In this document: piece after piece, positions 29,761 to 40,219 of the stretch | Position numbering within the stretch: the stretch's first letter is position 1 | Layout: the number at the start of each line of letters is the position of its first letter | Assembly: GCA_963664015.2 (NCBI GenBank) | Contig: CAXXLF010000002.1 | Coordinates: 1,568,001 to 1,632,000 of the forward strand | Direction of reading: 5' to 3' | DNA: 64,000 nucleotides | Source of the DNA: Candidatus Binatia bacterium | GTDB taxonomy: Bacteria; Desulfobacterota; Binatia; UBA9968; CAXXLF01 | Position numbers and translations under genes: made by a program | Notes under the pieces: model-generated | Database searches by the model: none | Told to the model about the DNA's origin: nothing | The model's input: only the letters and a program-made list of their open reading frames with translations

Positions 29761-30519
29761 ATGTACACGACAGACCAATACGAAGGAATGATAGCGGAAA
29801 CGGTAACAATGCCGGGGCACAATGGGGACACCATCAATGCCTACTTTGCGCGCCCTATGGGTGCGGGGCCTTTCCCAGGCATGGTTTTGATTCACCATAT
29901 GCCCGGTTGGGACGAGTTGTATCGGGAGTTCACCCGCAAGTTCGCCCACCACGGCTACGCGACCATCTGCCCTAATATCTATTTTCGCGCGGGGCATGGC
30001 ACTGTGGACGATGTAACGGCGAAGGTACGGGGCGCGGGAGGGTTGGCGGACGATCAAGTGGTCGGTGATATTGTCGGGGGGATGCAGTTTCTACGCTCGC
30101 TTCCCAACAACAATGGGAAGGTCGGGGTCTTCGGCACCTGCTCCGGGGGGCGTCATGCCTTTCTTACGGCCTGCCGGTCCAAGGGATTTGATGCCCTCGT
30201 CGAATGTTGGGGTGGTGGCGTCGTCGCGGCCAAGGATGCCCTGACCCCGCAGAGGCCCGTTGCGCCCATCGACTATACCAAAGACCTCGGTTGTCCCATC
30301 ATCGGGATCTTTGGAAACGACGACAAGAATCCGTCGCCGGATCAAGTCAACCTGCACGAAGAAGAGTTGAAAAAGGCCGGGAAGAATTATGAGTTCCATC
30401 GATACGATGGAGCGGGGCATGGTTTCTTCTACTATGACCGTACTCCCTACCGGCAGGAGCAGGCGGTAGATGGCTGGAAGAAGATCTTCCCGTTTCTCGA
30501 GAAACATCTCAAAGCGTAA
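29761..30519 (+). CDS. Dienelactone hydrolase family protein
   Basis: G.CSGG nucleophile elbow, GNDD and AGHGF. Confidence 0.9.
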   Translation: MYTTDQYEGMIAETVTMPGHNGDTINAYFARPMGAGPFPGMVLIHHMPGWDELYREFTRKFAHHGYATICPNIYFRAGHGTVDDVTAKVRGAGGLADDQVVGDIVGGMQFLRSLPNNNGKVGVFGTCSGGRHAFLTACRSKGFDALVECWGGGVVAAKDALTPQRPVAPIDYTKDLGCPIIGIFGNDDKNPSPDQVNLHEEELKKAGKNYEFHRYDGAGHGFFYYDRTPYRQEQAVDGWKKIFPFLEKHLKA

Positions 30520-30561
30520 GCTAATGGGGACATTGCTTTAGCCCCAGCAAGGAGTGCCACC

Positions 30562-30879
30562 ATGTGTACGACAATCGTCAATCAAGCGATCATCGATGGT
30601 AGCGGCAAGGGAGCCAACGGTTGGTTCAAGGTAAGCGGGGTGAACGTATCTTACGACCACCCCTATCACTCTCGCCTCGAACACGCGTTGAACATCGATT
30701 TTGTCAATGAGGCCGAGGGTCCCAGTGCACGAGTCGGCGTCGAGATCAGCCTGGAGTCAGCCCGTCATCTGGTCCAGTGCATCCAGGCGGTCCTGGACGA
30801 GGCCGAGGCCGGGGGATACCAGGACGAAATTGCCGGAGGCGGAGGGCAAAGCGCGGCGCGGGGTTCGCAAAGCGCATAG
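30562..30879 (+). CDS. DUF6295-like conserved small protein
   Basis: MCT..., GSGKG..GWF, YDHP.H...EHALNIDF and RVGVE...SAR pattern. Confidence 0.65.
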   Translation: MCTTIVNQAIIDGSGKGANGWFKVSGVNVSYDHPYHSRLEHALNIDFVNEAEGPSARVGVEISLESARHLVQCIQAVLDEAEAGGYQDEIAGGGGQSAARGSQSA

Positions 30880-31055
30880 CGTCCGGACTCTAGTTAAAAT
30901 TAAGAGCTTTCAGCTCCGGATTCTTTTACCGCAAATTTACGCAGATATTCGCAGATAAGAGAGGCTTCGATCCGGCCGGACCGGCCAGAAACAACTCGCG
31001 TTAATCTACGTAAATCTGCGGTTAAGTATTCTTAACTCTTTGCGCTTTGCTGGTT
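30880..31055. repeat. Modular palindromic intergenic block
   Basis: AGCTTTCAGCTCCGGATT, then ACCGCAAATTTACGCAGAT pairing with ATCTACGTAAATCTGCGGT, ending CTTTGCGCTTTGC. Confidence 0.7.
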
Positions 31056-31067
31056 GGCAAGAACCAC

Positions 31068-31649
31068 TCACGGCCTCGAGACAAAGGGGCTTCCACGCAC
31101 AATAAATCGCCATGGCTTGTCTTTCCATGATCCAGCGTAATCGACACCGATGCGCGGCCTCCGTAACACGGGAGGCGAGGGTTCTCGACGATCCTCCACG
31201 TAGAGATGGGACCCGCAAAGGTCGACCCCATTGAGGAAGCGGTCGATACCGAGAGCCTGGCAGAGTTTGCCTGGACCGGTGGTGAGGTTTTTAAGTTCAT
31301 CCGTTTTTCTACGGGCCTGCATCAAGGGGATTCCCTTTACCGGCTCCAGTGCACGAATCAAGACCGCTGCTGGGAAATTGGTCTGTTCGGTAACCGCATT
31401 GAGACAGTGATAAAATCCGTAGACGAGATAAACATAGGCAGCGCCTGCACGGCCGAACATGATTTCCGTTCGCCCCGTGCGCCCACGGGAGGCGTGGCAG
31501 GCCTTATCCCGAATACCTATGTACGCCTCGGTTTCCACGATCTTTCCAACCATCACCCCTTGGGGATCTCTTCGAACCAAATACTTCCCCAGTAGCTGCC
31601 GGGCAACCTTGAGTGTAGCCTGCTGGTAAAATGAGCGAGAAAGTTTCAC
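31068..31649 (-). CDS. mpg: DNA-3-methyladenine glycosylase (MPG/AAG family)
   Basis: IVETEAY, DKACHA, YVYLVYG, AVLIRALEP, GPGKLCQA and RIG motifs; GTG start is inferred. Confidence 0.9.
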   Translation of the reverse strand: MKLSRSFYQQATLKVARQLLGKYLVRRDPQGVMVGKIVETEAYIGIRDKACHASRGRTGRTEIMFGRAGAAYVYLVYGFYHCLNAVTEQTNFPAAVLIRALEPVKGIPLMQARRKTDELKNLTTGPGKLCQALGIDRFLNGVDLCGSHLYVEDRREPSPPVLRRPRIGVDYAGSWKDKPWRFIVRGSPFVSRP

Positions 31650-31694
31650 GGTTCTAGGAAGTCCCTGCGTGTTCCCGTCGTCTATAGACCAACT

Positions 31695-31780
31695 GCCTCC
31701 ACGAGCATACGCCGGTGATATCATTTCTTTCTCCGGCGGAATCCGCCTTCGCATCCGCTTCGGCTGCGAAGGCGGATAAA
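31695..31780. repeat. REP/MITE-like element (medium copy)
   Basis: GCCTCCACG...ATCCGCCTTCGCA...TGCGAAGGCGGATAAA; shares both ends with 17173-17317. Confidence 0.6.
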
Positions 31781-31987
31781 CCACTCTATCGTCATTTTAA
31801 GCCGCGAGTAAAGCGCCCCGGGAACGGCAATGGAATGAAAGAATGCCTCTTGGCTCTGGTGCCACCCTTGACAGTGAAGCCTGGAAAAAGATATTCAGGT
31901 CTCGAATCGATGCTTGTCCACGTGAAGGTTGATAGGTATAGGTAGATGAATTGTTAGCTGGGGTTCTTTAACCCAAAGGAGCTTGTT

Positions 31988-33010
31988 ATGGAAAGTATGA
32001 AGGACGCGATCCAAATCGTTGACGCTGATGCTCATGCTCGGGACCTGGATGAAAACCTCAGACCTTATTTGCCGGAGCCATACCGGAGTCGAAAGGCGGT
32101 ATTCATGCCGCGGGAGCCCTATGACCGAAACCTCGGGGGAACCTTGGGGCACCAGGGAGCCAAACATGAGGAACGGCTGAGTGCCATGGACCGGCAGGAG
32201 ATCGAAACGGCGGTTCTCTATCCAACGGGTGGTCTGGGTATCGGGCGAGTACGGGACGCAGCCTATCAGTCCGCCCTGTGCCGCGCTTACAACGATTTTA
32301 TTACCGATTACTGTAAGGCCTCTCCCCGTCTCAAGGCGGTAGCCAATCTGCCGGTCAATAGCCCCGACGACGCGGTTAGGGAATTGAATCGGGCGGTGAC
32401 CGAATTAGGTCTCGTGGGAGCCATGCTTGCAGCTCAAGCCCATAACAAGAACCTGGGCAGTCCGGAGTTCTATCCCCTTTATGAAGAGGCCCAGAGGTTG
32501 GGCGTGCCCCTGGCCATGCATGCTTTTGGCGGCGACGAAGCAGGAAGTGAAATATTCGATCAGTTTATCTGCATTCACACGACAGGCCACCCCTTTCCGG
32601 TACTGAGGCAGCTCACGGGCATGGTCTACGGAGGTATTCCCGAGCTCTTCCCACAGCTCAAACTGGCCTATCTGGAGATCGGTTGCGGTTGGCTGCCCTA
32701 TTGGATGGATCGTATGGACGAGGAATGGGAGAAGCGTGGGAAGGTGGAGGCTCCGCTTTGTAAAAAGAAACCTAGTGAATACCTCACTAATGAACAGTTC
32801 TATTATGGGGTTGAGCCGAAAGAGAAAACCATGGGGTATGTGGTTGGAGAGATCGGGTCGCAGAACCTACTCTATGCCTCCGACTACCCCCATTGGGATA
32901 TGAGTTGGCCGGATTCGGCGGTGTTGATCTGGCAAAGGAATGACCTTTCCACCGAAGCGAAAAAAGATATTTTGGAAAACAACGCGCGGCGCCTTTACAA
33001 GCTATCCTGA
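31988..33010 (+). CDS. Amidohydrolase-2 family protein
   Basis: DADAH, AMH, AYLEIGCGWLP and YASDYPHWD; close paralog of 2943-3971. Confidence 0.9.
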   Translation: MESMKDAIQIVDADAHARDLDENLRPYLPEPYRSRKAVFMPREPYDRNLGGTLGHQGAKHEERLSAMDRQEIETAVLYPTGGLGIGRVRDAAYQSALCRAYNDFITDYCKASPRLKAVANLPVNSPDDAVRELNRAVTELGLVGAMLAAQAHNKNLGSPEFYPLYEEAQRLGVPLAMHAFGGDEAGSEIFDQFICIHTTGHPFPVLRQLTGMVYGGIPELFPQLKLAYLEIGCGWLPYWMDRMDEEWEKRGKVEAPLCKKKPSEYLTNEQFYYGVEPKEKTMGYVVGEIGSQNLLYASDYPHWDMSWPDSAVLIWQRNDLSTEAKKDILENNARRLYKLS

Positions 33011-33019
33011 AGACATACA

Positions 33020-34298
33020 TTCGGTTCAGGGGATAGCCGAGAAAGCCGGGTCGAGGCGACACAGAGAGCTCTTCCACGTCTCCAAGCTGACACTCCATAG
33101 CGCGGGTCCGGGCCCCGGTTTCCTCGATGACAGTAGTCGCACTGCTCAGTTGCTGTTTGAGTTTATCGAGGTCGGTACCAAATTTTCCGAACTCAGTCTT
33201 GACGGCAGCGAGCACCTTCCAGACTCCCTTCGCCCGCTCCTCGATCATGAGAGTGCGGAAACCTATGCGCAGGCTATTGAGGATAACCGCCAGGGTGGTA
33301 GGGCCGGCAACGACGACACGATAGTTCTGTTGAAGGTCGTCAACCAGCTCCGGCTGGCGCATGAGCTCTCCGTAAAGGCCCTCAATGGGAATAAATATTA
33401 TGCCGAAGTCGGTAGTCTTGGGAGGGTTTAGGTATTTATCCTTCATGGTTTTTGCTAGACCGCGTATGGCCTTGGTCAACTCATCGACGGCTTTTTTAGC
33501 GGTATCGGCATCACCGGTTTCTGCCGCTGCCTGCAGCTGGCGGTACTCCTCCGCGGGGAACTTGGAGTCTATGGGTAGCCAGACCCAACTGTCCTCTGGG
33601 TTACCCGGGCCCGGCAGTCGAATCGCGTATTCCACGGTTTCGTTGAATTTCTCTTTCGTTTTAATGTTCTTGTCGTACTGATTGGGTGTTAGCAACTGCT
33701 CCAGCGGGGCGTTGAGTTGGAACTCGCCCCAGTTCCCCCGTGTCTTGACGCCGGTGAAAACTTTCTTTAGATCACCAACTCCAGTTGCCAGGTTTTACAT
33801 CTCGCCCAGCCCATCGTGAACCGCATTAAGCCGGTCGCTGAGAAGCTGGAAGGATTCGCCTAGTCGTTTCTCGATAGTGCCGTGTAGTTTATCATCCACG
33901 GTCATACGCATATCTTCCAGTCCTTTTTCATTGTTGTCTTGCAGCTCCCTCAGTTGGGTGTCCGCCGTTTCACAGAGCTCTTCAATATGCGCCGCATGAG
34001 TATCGGTGATCTCGTTGAGTAGCTTGCTGACCGACTCCAGTTGCACCGATTGCTGGCTGCCAATTTCATTGATGACCCGTACCATAGAGTCGCTGACCAA
34101 ATTGAGGCCCCTGCTAACCTCCTCCCTCAGGTCGCGATCGGTCCTGGCCGCTTCGCCGCGGGCGATGCGTAGTTCTTCGCGCACGGCCTTCTCGGCTTAC
34201 TGCGATGCCGATCCCGACAACCACATCAAGACAAGCAACAGCACGACGTTGGCAATCAGGAGAAAAACGGTCAGGGATGGTAAAATTTCAGTTAGCAT
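33020..34298 (-). pseudogene. rmuC: DNA recombination protein RmuC, nonsense-disrupted
   Basis: TIEKRLGESF, KTRGNWGE, LPIDSKFP, PPKTTDF and PTTLAVILNSL; in-frame TAA at about 34197 and at 33795; 3' end approximate. Confidence 0.85.
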
Positions 34299-34629
34299 AT
34301 CAATTCACGCTCCTACGGGCTTTTATTCTCGAATCCGCAATTTATGATTTACCAAGGATCATTCCAGCGTCGGCTCAAACACCCCGTAGGAGCACCCCTG
34401 GTAGATTGGCGGATGGGGCGACCCCGAGGGCCCTAAAGACCAACGTATTTTTAACGACTTATGCTGCTTCAGACGTAGGGGAACTCAGCTCCAGGAGGGC
34501 CGCAACGTCCGCTGTTCCCCGAAACTACCAATAATTGACATAAGTGTGCCCGGACCGGGGGCGGTCTCAGACCTTCCGGGCCTTGCCCCCTCGGGTTCCA
34601 ACTAACCTAACGGGCGTATGGTGGTGCCT

Positions 34630-35080
34630 AACGCAAAGAGCAGAGCGCATAGCGCTCGGATTGTTAGTCCTTAGTTTTCAGGTAAGAAGTGTCGAGTGTT
34701 CAGTCATCAGTATTTGGATCCCGATTCTTTAAACGCAGATGAGAAATCACCGAAGAGACGCTCTTCGATAAACTCAGGGTGGTGAGCGGTTCGAATCGGT
34801 CGAACCACAGAGTACGCTGAGGGAAGAATCTTTGCCCAATCGGGAGACAGCGATTGGGCAGAGGGCCTCGTCTTTAAAGAGACAATGCTTTTTGTTTGCC
34901 GTCGTCTCCCGACAAACAAAAACCAATTCTCTGTGTACTCTGCGTCTCTGCGGTGAGATATCCGAATCCTCATCTGCGTTAATCAGCGAAAAATCTGCGG
35001 TTAATTCCCCTCTTAACTCTCTTGCTGCCCACTGCATACCGCCTACTGTCTTATTCCCGCGCCTTGCGCTTTGCAGCTTC
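34630..35080. repeat. Nested palindromic intergenic block
   Basis: Several nested inverted pairs around two central hairpins (34830-34863, 34889-34922); 34708-34740 is an inverted copy of 6040-6073. Confidence 0.8.
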
Positions 35081-35123
35081 GCATTGACACCGCAGTTCGA
35101 CATCAGATATGTTCAGCCCCCAG

Positions 35124-35940
35124 ATGAACCATCGAAAGAAAATCGTGCCCCCCCCTGGCAAACGCCTTTCCGTATCGGTCCATTTCCCGGTGGAGTAGTG
35201 GAGTCAAAAGGATAAGGACTACTTACAAAACTATCGCCGGGAGTACGGGGTCAAGATTGGGGCCTGGAGGTTGCTCGACGTTTTTGATCGGGTAGGCATC
35301 AAAGGGACCTGCCATATGAATGGAATCGTGGCTGAGCTGTTTCCCGATTTGGCCCGGGAGATCGTGCGGCGTGGACATGATGTGGCTGGGCACGGTTACG
35401 ATCAGTCCGTTCCCCAGTACCGGGTGGGCCCTGACGAAGAGAGGGAGATCGTTAGGAGCACCCTGTCTACCATTGAACAGATTACGGGGTACCGGCCCCA
35501 GGGTTGGGTAGCCACGGGAAGGACAATTACAAAGGACACGCTTCGAATATTGGCGGAAGAGGGCGTGCTTTGGCACAACAACCACGATTTGGCCGACCTG
35601 CCAACTGGGGTCGAGGTTGGTGGTAAAATCATCCTCGATATTCCTATCCAGCGATACCTGAATTGCGACGAGAGAAGATTCCTCGGAATTGAAGGGAAGG
35701 GCCCCCCATCAGCTTTAGAAATGTTCTGGAGTTTTTTAAAGATCAGCTGGACACCCTGAGAGGGGCCGCCCAGTATGAACCATTGTGTTTCGCGTTCGGC
35801 GCCCACGCCTATATGTCCGGCTTACCTGCTTACTCCTGGACTCTCGAGAGGATGTTGCATTACTGCCAGTCGTTTCCCGATGTCTGGACGGTGACAACGG
35901 CAGGTCTGGCTCGGTATTGGCTGGAAAATAATGTAGAGGC
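35124..35940 (+). pseudogene. Polysaccharide deacetylase family protein, disrupted
   Basis: REYGVKIGAWRLLDVF, GHDVAGHGY and YRPQGW; in-frame TAG at 35196 and a frameshift near 35720-35740. Confidence 0.8.
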
Positions 35941-35948
35941 GATCCCCG

Positions 35949-36701
35949 TCAACAGTCGCTGAGCCATGGGCCGAGCTGGGTGCAAAATGCTCCTATGGGA
36001 CCCCGATAGTGAAAGTCCACGATTTCATCCAGAGGTGTCGCTTCCCGATTAACAATGGCTAGGAAAGCGCCGTTTTGCTTTGCCAAGACCGGGAATGACG
36101 CGGCCGGCTGGACCTGCAACGAGGAGCCGAGAACGATGAATATACCGGCTACCTCACTGAGCTCCTGGGCCCTCCTCATGGCTTGGGGAGGCATACATTG
36201 ACCGAATGAAGCCGTGGCCGATTTGAGAAGGCCGCCGCATGCGTCGCAACGAGGCGAAGTAAAGGCACCGGCTAGCCCTTTCATGACCTGATCGGGATCG
36301 AAAATTTTACCGCAGCTCAGGCAATGGACTATACGATCGGTCCCGTGCAACTCCACGATCTTGTCATCAGGGAGACCTGCCAGACTATGCAACCCATCGA
36401 CGTTCTGTGTGATCAGCCCGAGGAGTTTTCCCCGCTCGCATAGAGAACAAATAAAGAGGTGTCCAATATTAGGGCGGACGTCTTTGTAGAGTTCATGGGT
36501 CTTACGCTTCATGGTCCAGACGCGAACCCGTGCCTCTTCGCTGCTCAAGAACTCTGAGAAGTAAACGGGGGCGTATTGGGTCCAGATGCCGCCCGGGCTC
36601 CGGAAATCCGGAACGCCCGATTCGGTGCTGATCCCCGCACCGGTGAAACACACGACGTCGCCCGTCTCTTTAATCTTACGGGCAAAATCCTGCAGAGTCA
36701 C
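35949..36701 (-). CDS. cobB: NAD-dependent protein deacylase, Sir2 family
   Basis: FTGAGISTESGVPDFR, ITQNVDGLH, ELHG, two CxxC Zn motifs and GSSLQVQPAA. Confidence 0.92.
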   Translation of the reverse strand: MTLQDFARKIKETGDVVCFTGAGISTESGVPDFRSPGGIWTQYAPVYFSEFLSSEEARVRVWTMKRKTHELYKDVRPNIGHLFICSLCERGKLLGLITQNVDGLHSLAGLPDDKIVELHGTDRIVHCLSCGKIFDPDQVMKGLAGAFTSPRCDACGGLLKSATASFGQCMPPQAMRRAQELSEVAGIFIVLGSSLQVQPAASFPVLAKQNGAFLAIVNREATPLDEIVDFHYRGPIGAFCTQLGPWLSDC

Positions 36702-36777
36702 AGCCGGGGATCAGCAGCCTCGGGGTTTGAGGTCGAAAGAATTTTCCGAGACGAGTCAAGGATTCTGAGTTGCTCGT

Positions 36778-37143
36778 CTACTTGAGATGATTGCTGACCA
36801 GCTTGGTCATCTCAAACATGCTGACCTGCTTCTTGCCGCGAAAGACGGCTCTTAGGTTGTCGTCAGCATTGATCATGGTTCTCTTCTTTTTATCCTGTAG
36901 CCCTTTGCGCTTGATGTACTGCCAGAGCTTCTTGGTTACCTGCGTCCTAGGCATAGGCGTGGAACCAATCACGGCGGCGAGCATCGCGCTGGGCTTCACC
37001 GGTCTCATGAAGGCCGCATTGGGTTTGCGTTTCTTCTTAGTAGCACGCTTTTTCTTTACGACGCGCTTTTTTTTTACGACGCGCTTTTTCGCCTTAGCCT
37101 TCTTTACCACACGCTTCTTCGCTTTCTTTTTCTTTGCTGCCAT
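36778..37143 (-). CDS. SWIB/MDM2 domain protein with a Lys/Arg-rich histone H1-like N-terminal tail
   Basis: Repeated KKRVVKK tail followed by PRTQVTKKLWQYIK..LQD...INADD...SMFEMTK. Confidence 0.9.
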   Translation of the reverse strand: MAAKKKKAKKRVVKKAKAKKRVVKKKRVVKKKRATKKKRKPNAAFMRPVKPSAMLAAVIGSTPMPRTQVTKKLWQYIKRKGLQDKKKRTMINADDNLRAVFRGKKQVSMFEMTKLVSNHLK

Positions 37144-37403
37144 TTTCCCTCCCTCGGTAAAAGTATTCTTAAAATGAATTTTACATCAAATAGACTACTT
37201 TTGACCAGCTTTTTTTTGAAAAATTGCAACTTTCAGGGGGAACGCTCTAGAGGCACTTCTGGGGGGGGGGAGCCGTTACCGAGGGGGAACCCTCTCTCGT
37301 GATCCCAATCGACAGTGGGCAGTACGACTGGTGCCCTTGCATTCGCCGTGCTAACGGTCCTATGCTCCCACCTAAATATCCTGATTCTAGGTGGAGAGAT
37401 CCC

Positions 37404-38090
37404 ATGCGAAAAAAAAATATTCCAGTGGCTCGGTAGATAATTCGTTGTCCTCTCCTGCGAGGGGGACTCCAAAGAAACACCCGGTGCAGCCGCCGCCCGT
37501 ATCCTTGCTCACTTCGAAGAGGAGCTGGATAGGGACTCACTATCACTAGCGCATACTGTATGTACTCGCCTCTGCGCCAGGGATCGTGAAAGTCGGAATC
37601 TAGCAAGGAACGAATGATTCAGAATACTGCCAAGGAAGGCCAGGTCAGCGAGTTCCAGCTATATCTTTCCAAACTATTTTGACTGCGATGCCCGGGTGGC
37701 CATGGATCTGCCTGCCATGAGGCCTGAACCGCCATGGAGTGAAAAAACCCTGGAGGAATACGATATCCACCCATCGTCCCCCTACACTACCTCACATACG
37801 AATCCAGGGTCTTCCTATCAGGGGTTACCGTTGTCCTACCTGAACTCGCCAATCAGCTAAGCGATATTCTCCCTCGTATTACGGGCTCCCTGGGCGACGC
37901 CGGTGCCTCATGGAATGAGGTGGTCAAGGTTGATTCCTTTCTCCACCGTTCCCAGAGATTAGAGACTTACAAGGGACTTTTTGCAAAGAATGTACTGGTG
38001 AAGATTCCCCAAATCGAATATGCGCTTGTGGATGGCTATTCATCAGAGGGAAAGTTAGTGGAGGTGGAGGTTACCGCTCAACTGACATAG
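37404..38090 (+). pseudogene. RidA/YjgF-like (probably two-domain) protein, degraded
   Basis: Hand translation gives MRKKIFQWLGR*..., ARSASSSYI, VFLSGVT and GKLVEVEVTA, with several stops and frameshifts; absent from the ORF track. Confidence 0.65.
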
Positions 38091-38127
38091 CCAGATAAAG
38101 AACCCTTGGGAAGGAGGCTCGACACCT

Positions 38128-39367
38128 ATGGCTCAAGCCGAATACCAATTGCTCACTCAAACAGATGCAGGGACACCCTGCGGGGAACTCATGCGGCGCT
38201 ACTGGCAGCCTGCGGCTCTCTCAAGGGAACTGAACCCCCTTGCCCGTACGGCTGCTAGGAGATGATCTCGTCCTTTTTCGCGACGACGAGGGACGACCCG
38301 GCTTATTGGGTCTTCACTGTGCGCACCGAGGGGCCGACCTGAGTTACGGCCGGGTCGAGAACGGTGGATTGAGGTGCATCTATCACACCTGGCTTTATGA
38401 CATCAAAGGTCGTTGCCTGGATCAACCGGGAGAGCCCCGTGGAGGAGAACACCGGAACTCCATCCAACACACGGCCTACCCCTGTCAGGAGTCTGGAGGG
38501 GTTATCTTCGCCTATTTGGGTCCAGGTGAGCCGCCGTGCCTTCCCGCATATGAATTGCTACAGGTACCCGACGATCATCGGTTGATTATTAAGGTCTTCC
38601 AGGATTGTAACTATTTGCAGGTGAACGAAGGGGGTATCGATCCGGTGCACACATCGTATCTACACCGTATCGCACAAGACGGGGATGAGGATCAGTATGT
38701 GGGAGTCCGGGGGACGGATACTTCGTTTTTGACTCTGTGGGAAAAAGACGCAGCTCCCCAAATTGAAGTAGAAATTACAGATGTCGGCCTGCGAATTCTT
38801 ACCGTCCGGGACGCAGGAGACAACAAACATTACCTTCGATTCACTAATTTTGTTTACCCCAATTTAAGCGCCTTTCCCGCGCAGACGGGGGCCGAGGGGT
38901 ACAACGTCAATTGGCATGTCCCCATGGACGATACACGTCACTGGAAATATATGTTCGTTTTCAGTCGAGAGAGGCCCCTTAGAAAAGAGATCATTAGCAG
39001 GGAACGCGCCGAGGACCGCACCAGGTCCAACCGGTACCGCCAAGACAGGGAATCCATGAAAACCAAATTCTACAGTGGCATGGGAAGGGATGTACCCAGT
39101 CAGGACACCTGCATTATCGAGGGGCAAGGCCCCGTACCAAACCGTGAGCAGGAACACCTGGTCTCCTCGGATAAGGCCATCATCGCTGAGCGAAAACTTT
39201 TGCTCAAGGCCCTCCAGGACGTTTAGGAGGGACGGGAAGCGCCCCATGTGGCGAGAGAGCCTAAGCGCAACCGGTTTCCCCAACTGGTGGTCATATCGGA
39301 TGTCGTACCCGGCGGGACAAATTGGAATAAATATACGGATAAGATTGAGGACGAACTGAAGGGTTAG
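38128..39367 (+). pseudogene. Rieske oxygenase (phthalate dioxygenase-like), disrupted
   Basis: GTPCGELMRRYW from ATG 38128, frameshift near 38238, CAHRG...CIYHTW, DPVHTSYLH; in-frame TAG at 39224 with coding-like continuation to 39367. Confidence 0.8.
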
Positions 39368-39403
39368 GAGTAAAAAGACATGTGCCGGGAGAATCACGCC
39401 TGA

Positions 39404-40147
39404 TCAGGTTAAATATTTACCAAACCAGTTAAAGACTCTGTTCCATCCATCCAGCGCCGCATCCGGCCAGTAGCCCGGACGGTCAACGGAAAAGAAACCG
39501 TGGGCCGCGTTTCCGTACGAATAAAACTCATGGGTCTTACCAAGCCGCTTGAGTTCCGCGTCGATCGTCGCCACATCGTCCGGAGAGGGATGGGTGTCTT
39601 CTTTGCCAAAGAGGCCCAACAAGGGGGAATGCATATTCGACGTTAGATCAATCGGGGCTACCGGGTGGCGGGGAGTGAGTTTGTCCGTAGGGGTTACGAT
39701 TCCTCCACCGTAGCAGACAACGGTCGCGTCGATGTCAGCGAAGGTGCATGCAGCAAGATAAGCTTGGCGGCCACCGGAACAGTGCCCCACAACACCGACC
39801 TTTCCCTTACCGTAGGGTAGCGATCGCATGTGCCGGATGGACCCTTCAACGTCCCCCATGGAGCGGTCGTCGGGCATACCTCCCGCTGCCCGGACACTGG
39901 CGACATTGGCTTCGGGACTTCCCTTGCCTTCCCGATAGTGAAGATTAGGTACGATTGCCGCGTAGCCATGATAGGCCAACTTGCGGGCAATTTCCTTGGT
40001 GGATTCATCCCACCCTGGCATGTGATGGATGACAACAACCGAAGGGTACGGCCCTTGGCCCAGGGGACGGGCCAGATAAGCCTCGATCCTGTCCCCATTG
40101 TGTCCCGCAAGGGCGACACTTTCCGCTAGCATCCCTTCATAAACCAT
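39404..40147 (-). CDS. Dienelactone hydrolase family protein, paralog of 29761-30519
   Basis: IHHMPGWD, GHCSGGR and AAHGF motifs. Confidence 0.88.
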   Translation of the reverse strand: MVYEGMLAESVALAGHNGDRIEAYLARPLGQGPYPSVVVIHHMPGWDESTKEIARKLAYHGYAAIVPNLHYREGKGSPEANVASVRAAGGMPDDRSMGDVEGSIRHMRSLPYGKGKVGVVGHCSGGRQAYLAACTFADIDATVVCYGGGIVTPTDKLTPRHPVAPIDLTSNMHSPLLGLFGKEDTHPSPDDVATIDAELKRLGKTHEFYSYGNAAHGFFSVDRPGYWPDAALDGWNRVFNWFGKYLT

Positions 40148-40219
40148 CTTTTGTCTCCTTACTTCCTTAAAACTCCTCTCGCCTATGTCGCGACTGTGAT
40201 CAAGAGCTCGCCGACACAG

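Noticed and set aside
32787-33010. RmuC ORF tail overlapping the amidohydrolase
   Set aside because: Probably read-through after loss of the native stop in a pseudogene, not a functional overlap.
34380-34530. GTAGG-starting palindromes resembling RAYT-associated REPs
   Set aside because: Too degenerate to call, with no matching copies or transposase in the window.
34544-35215. Small ORFs over the nested repeat block (also 5926-6114, 52042-52323, 63402-63743)
   Set aside because: They are translations of palindromic repeat DNA, without family motifs or clear RBS.
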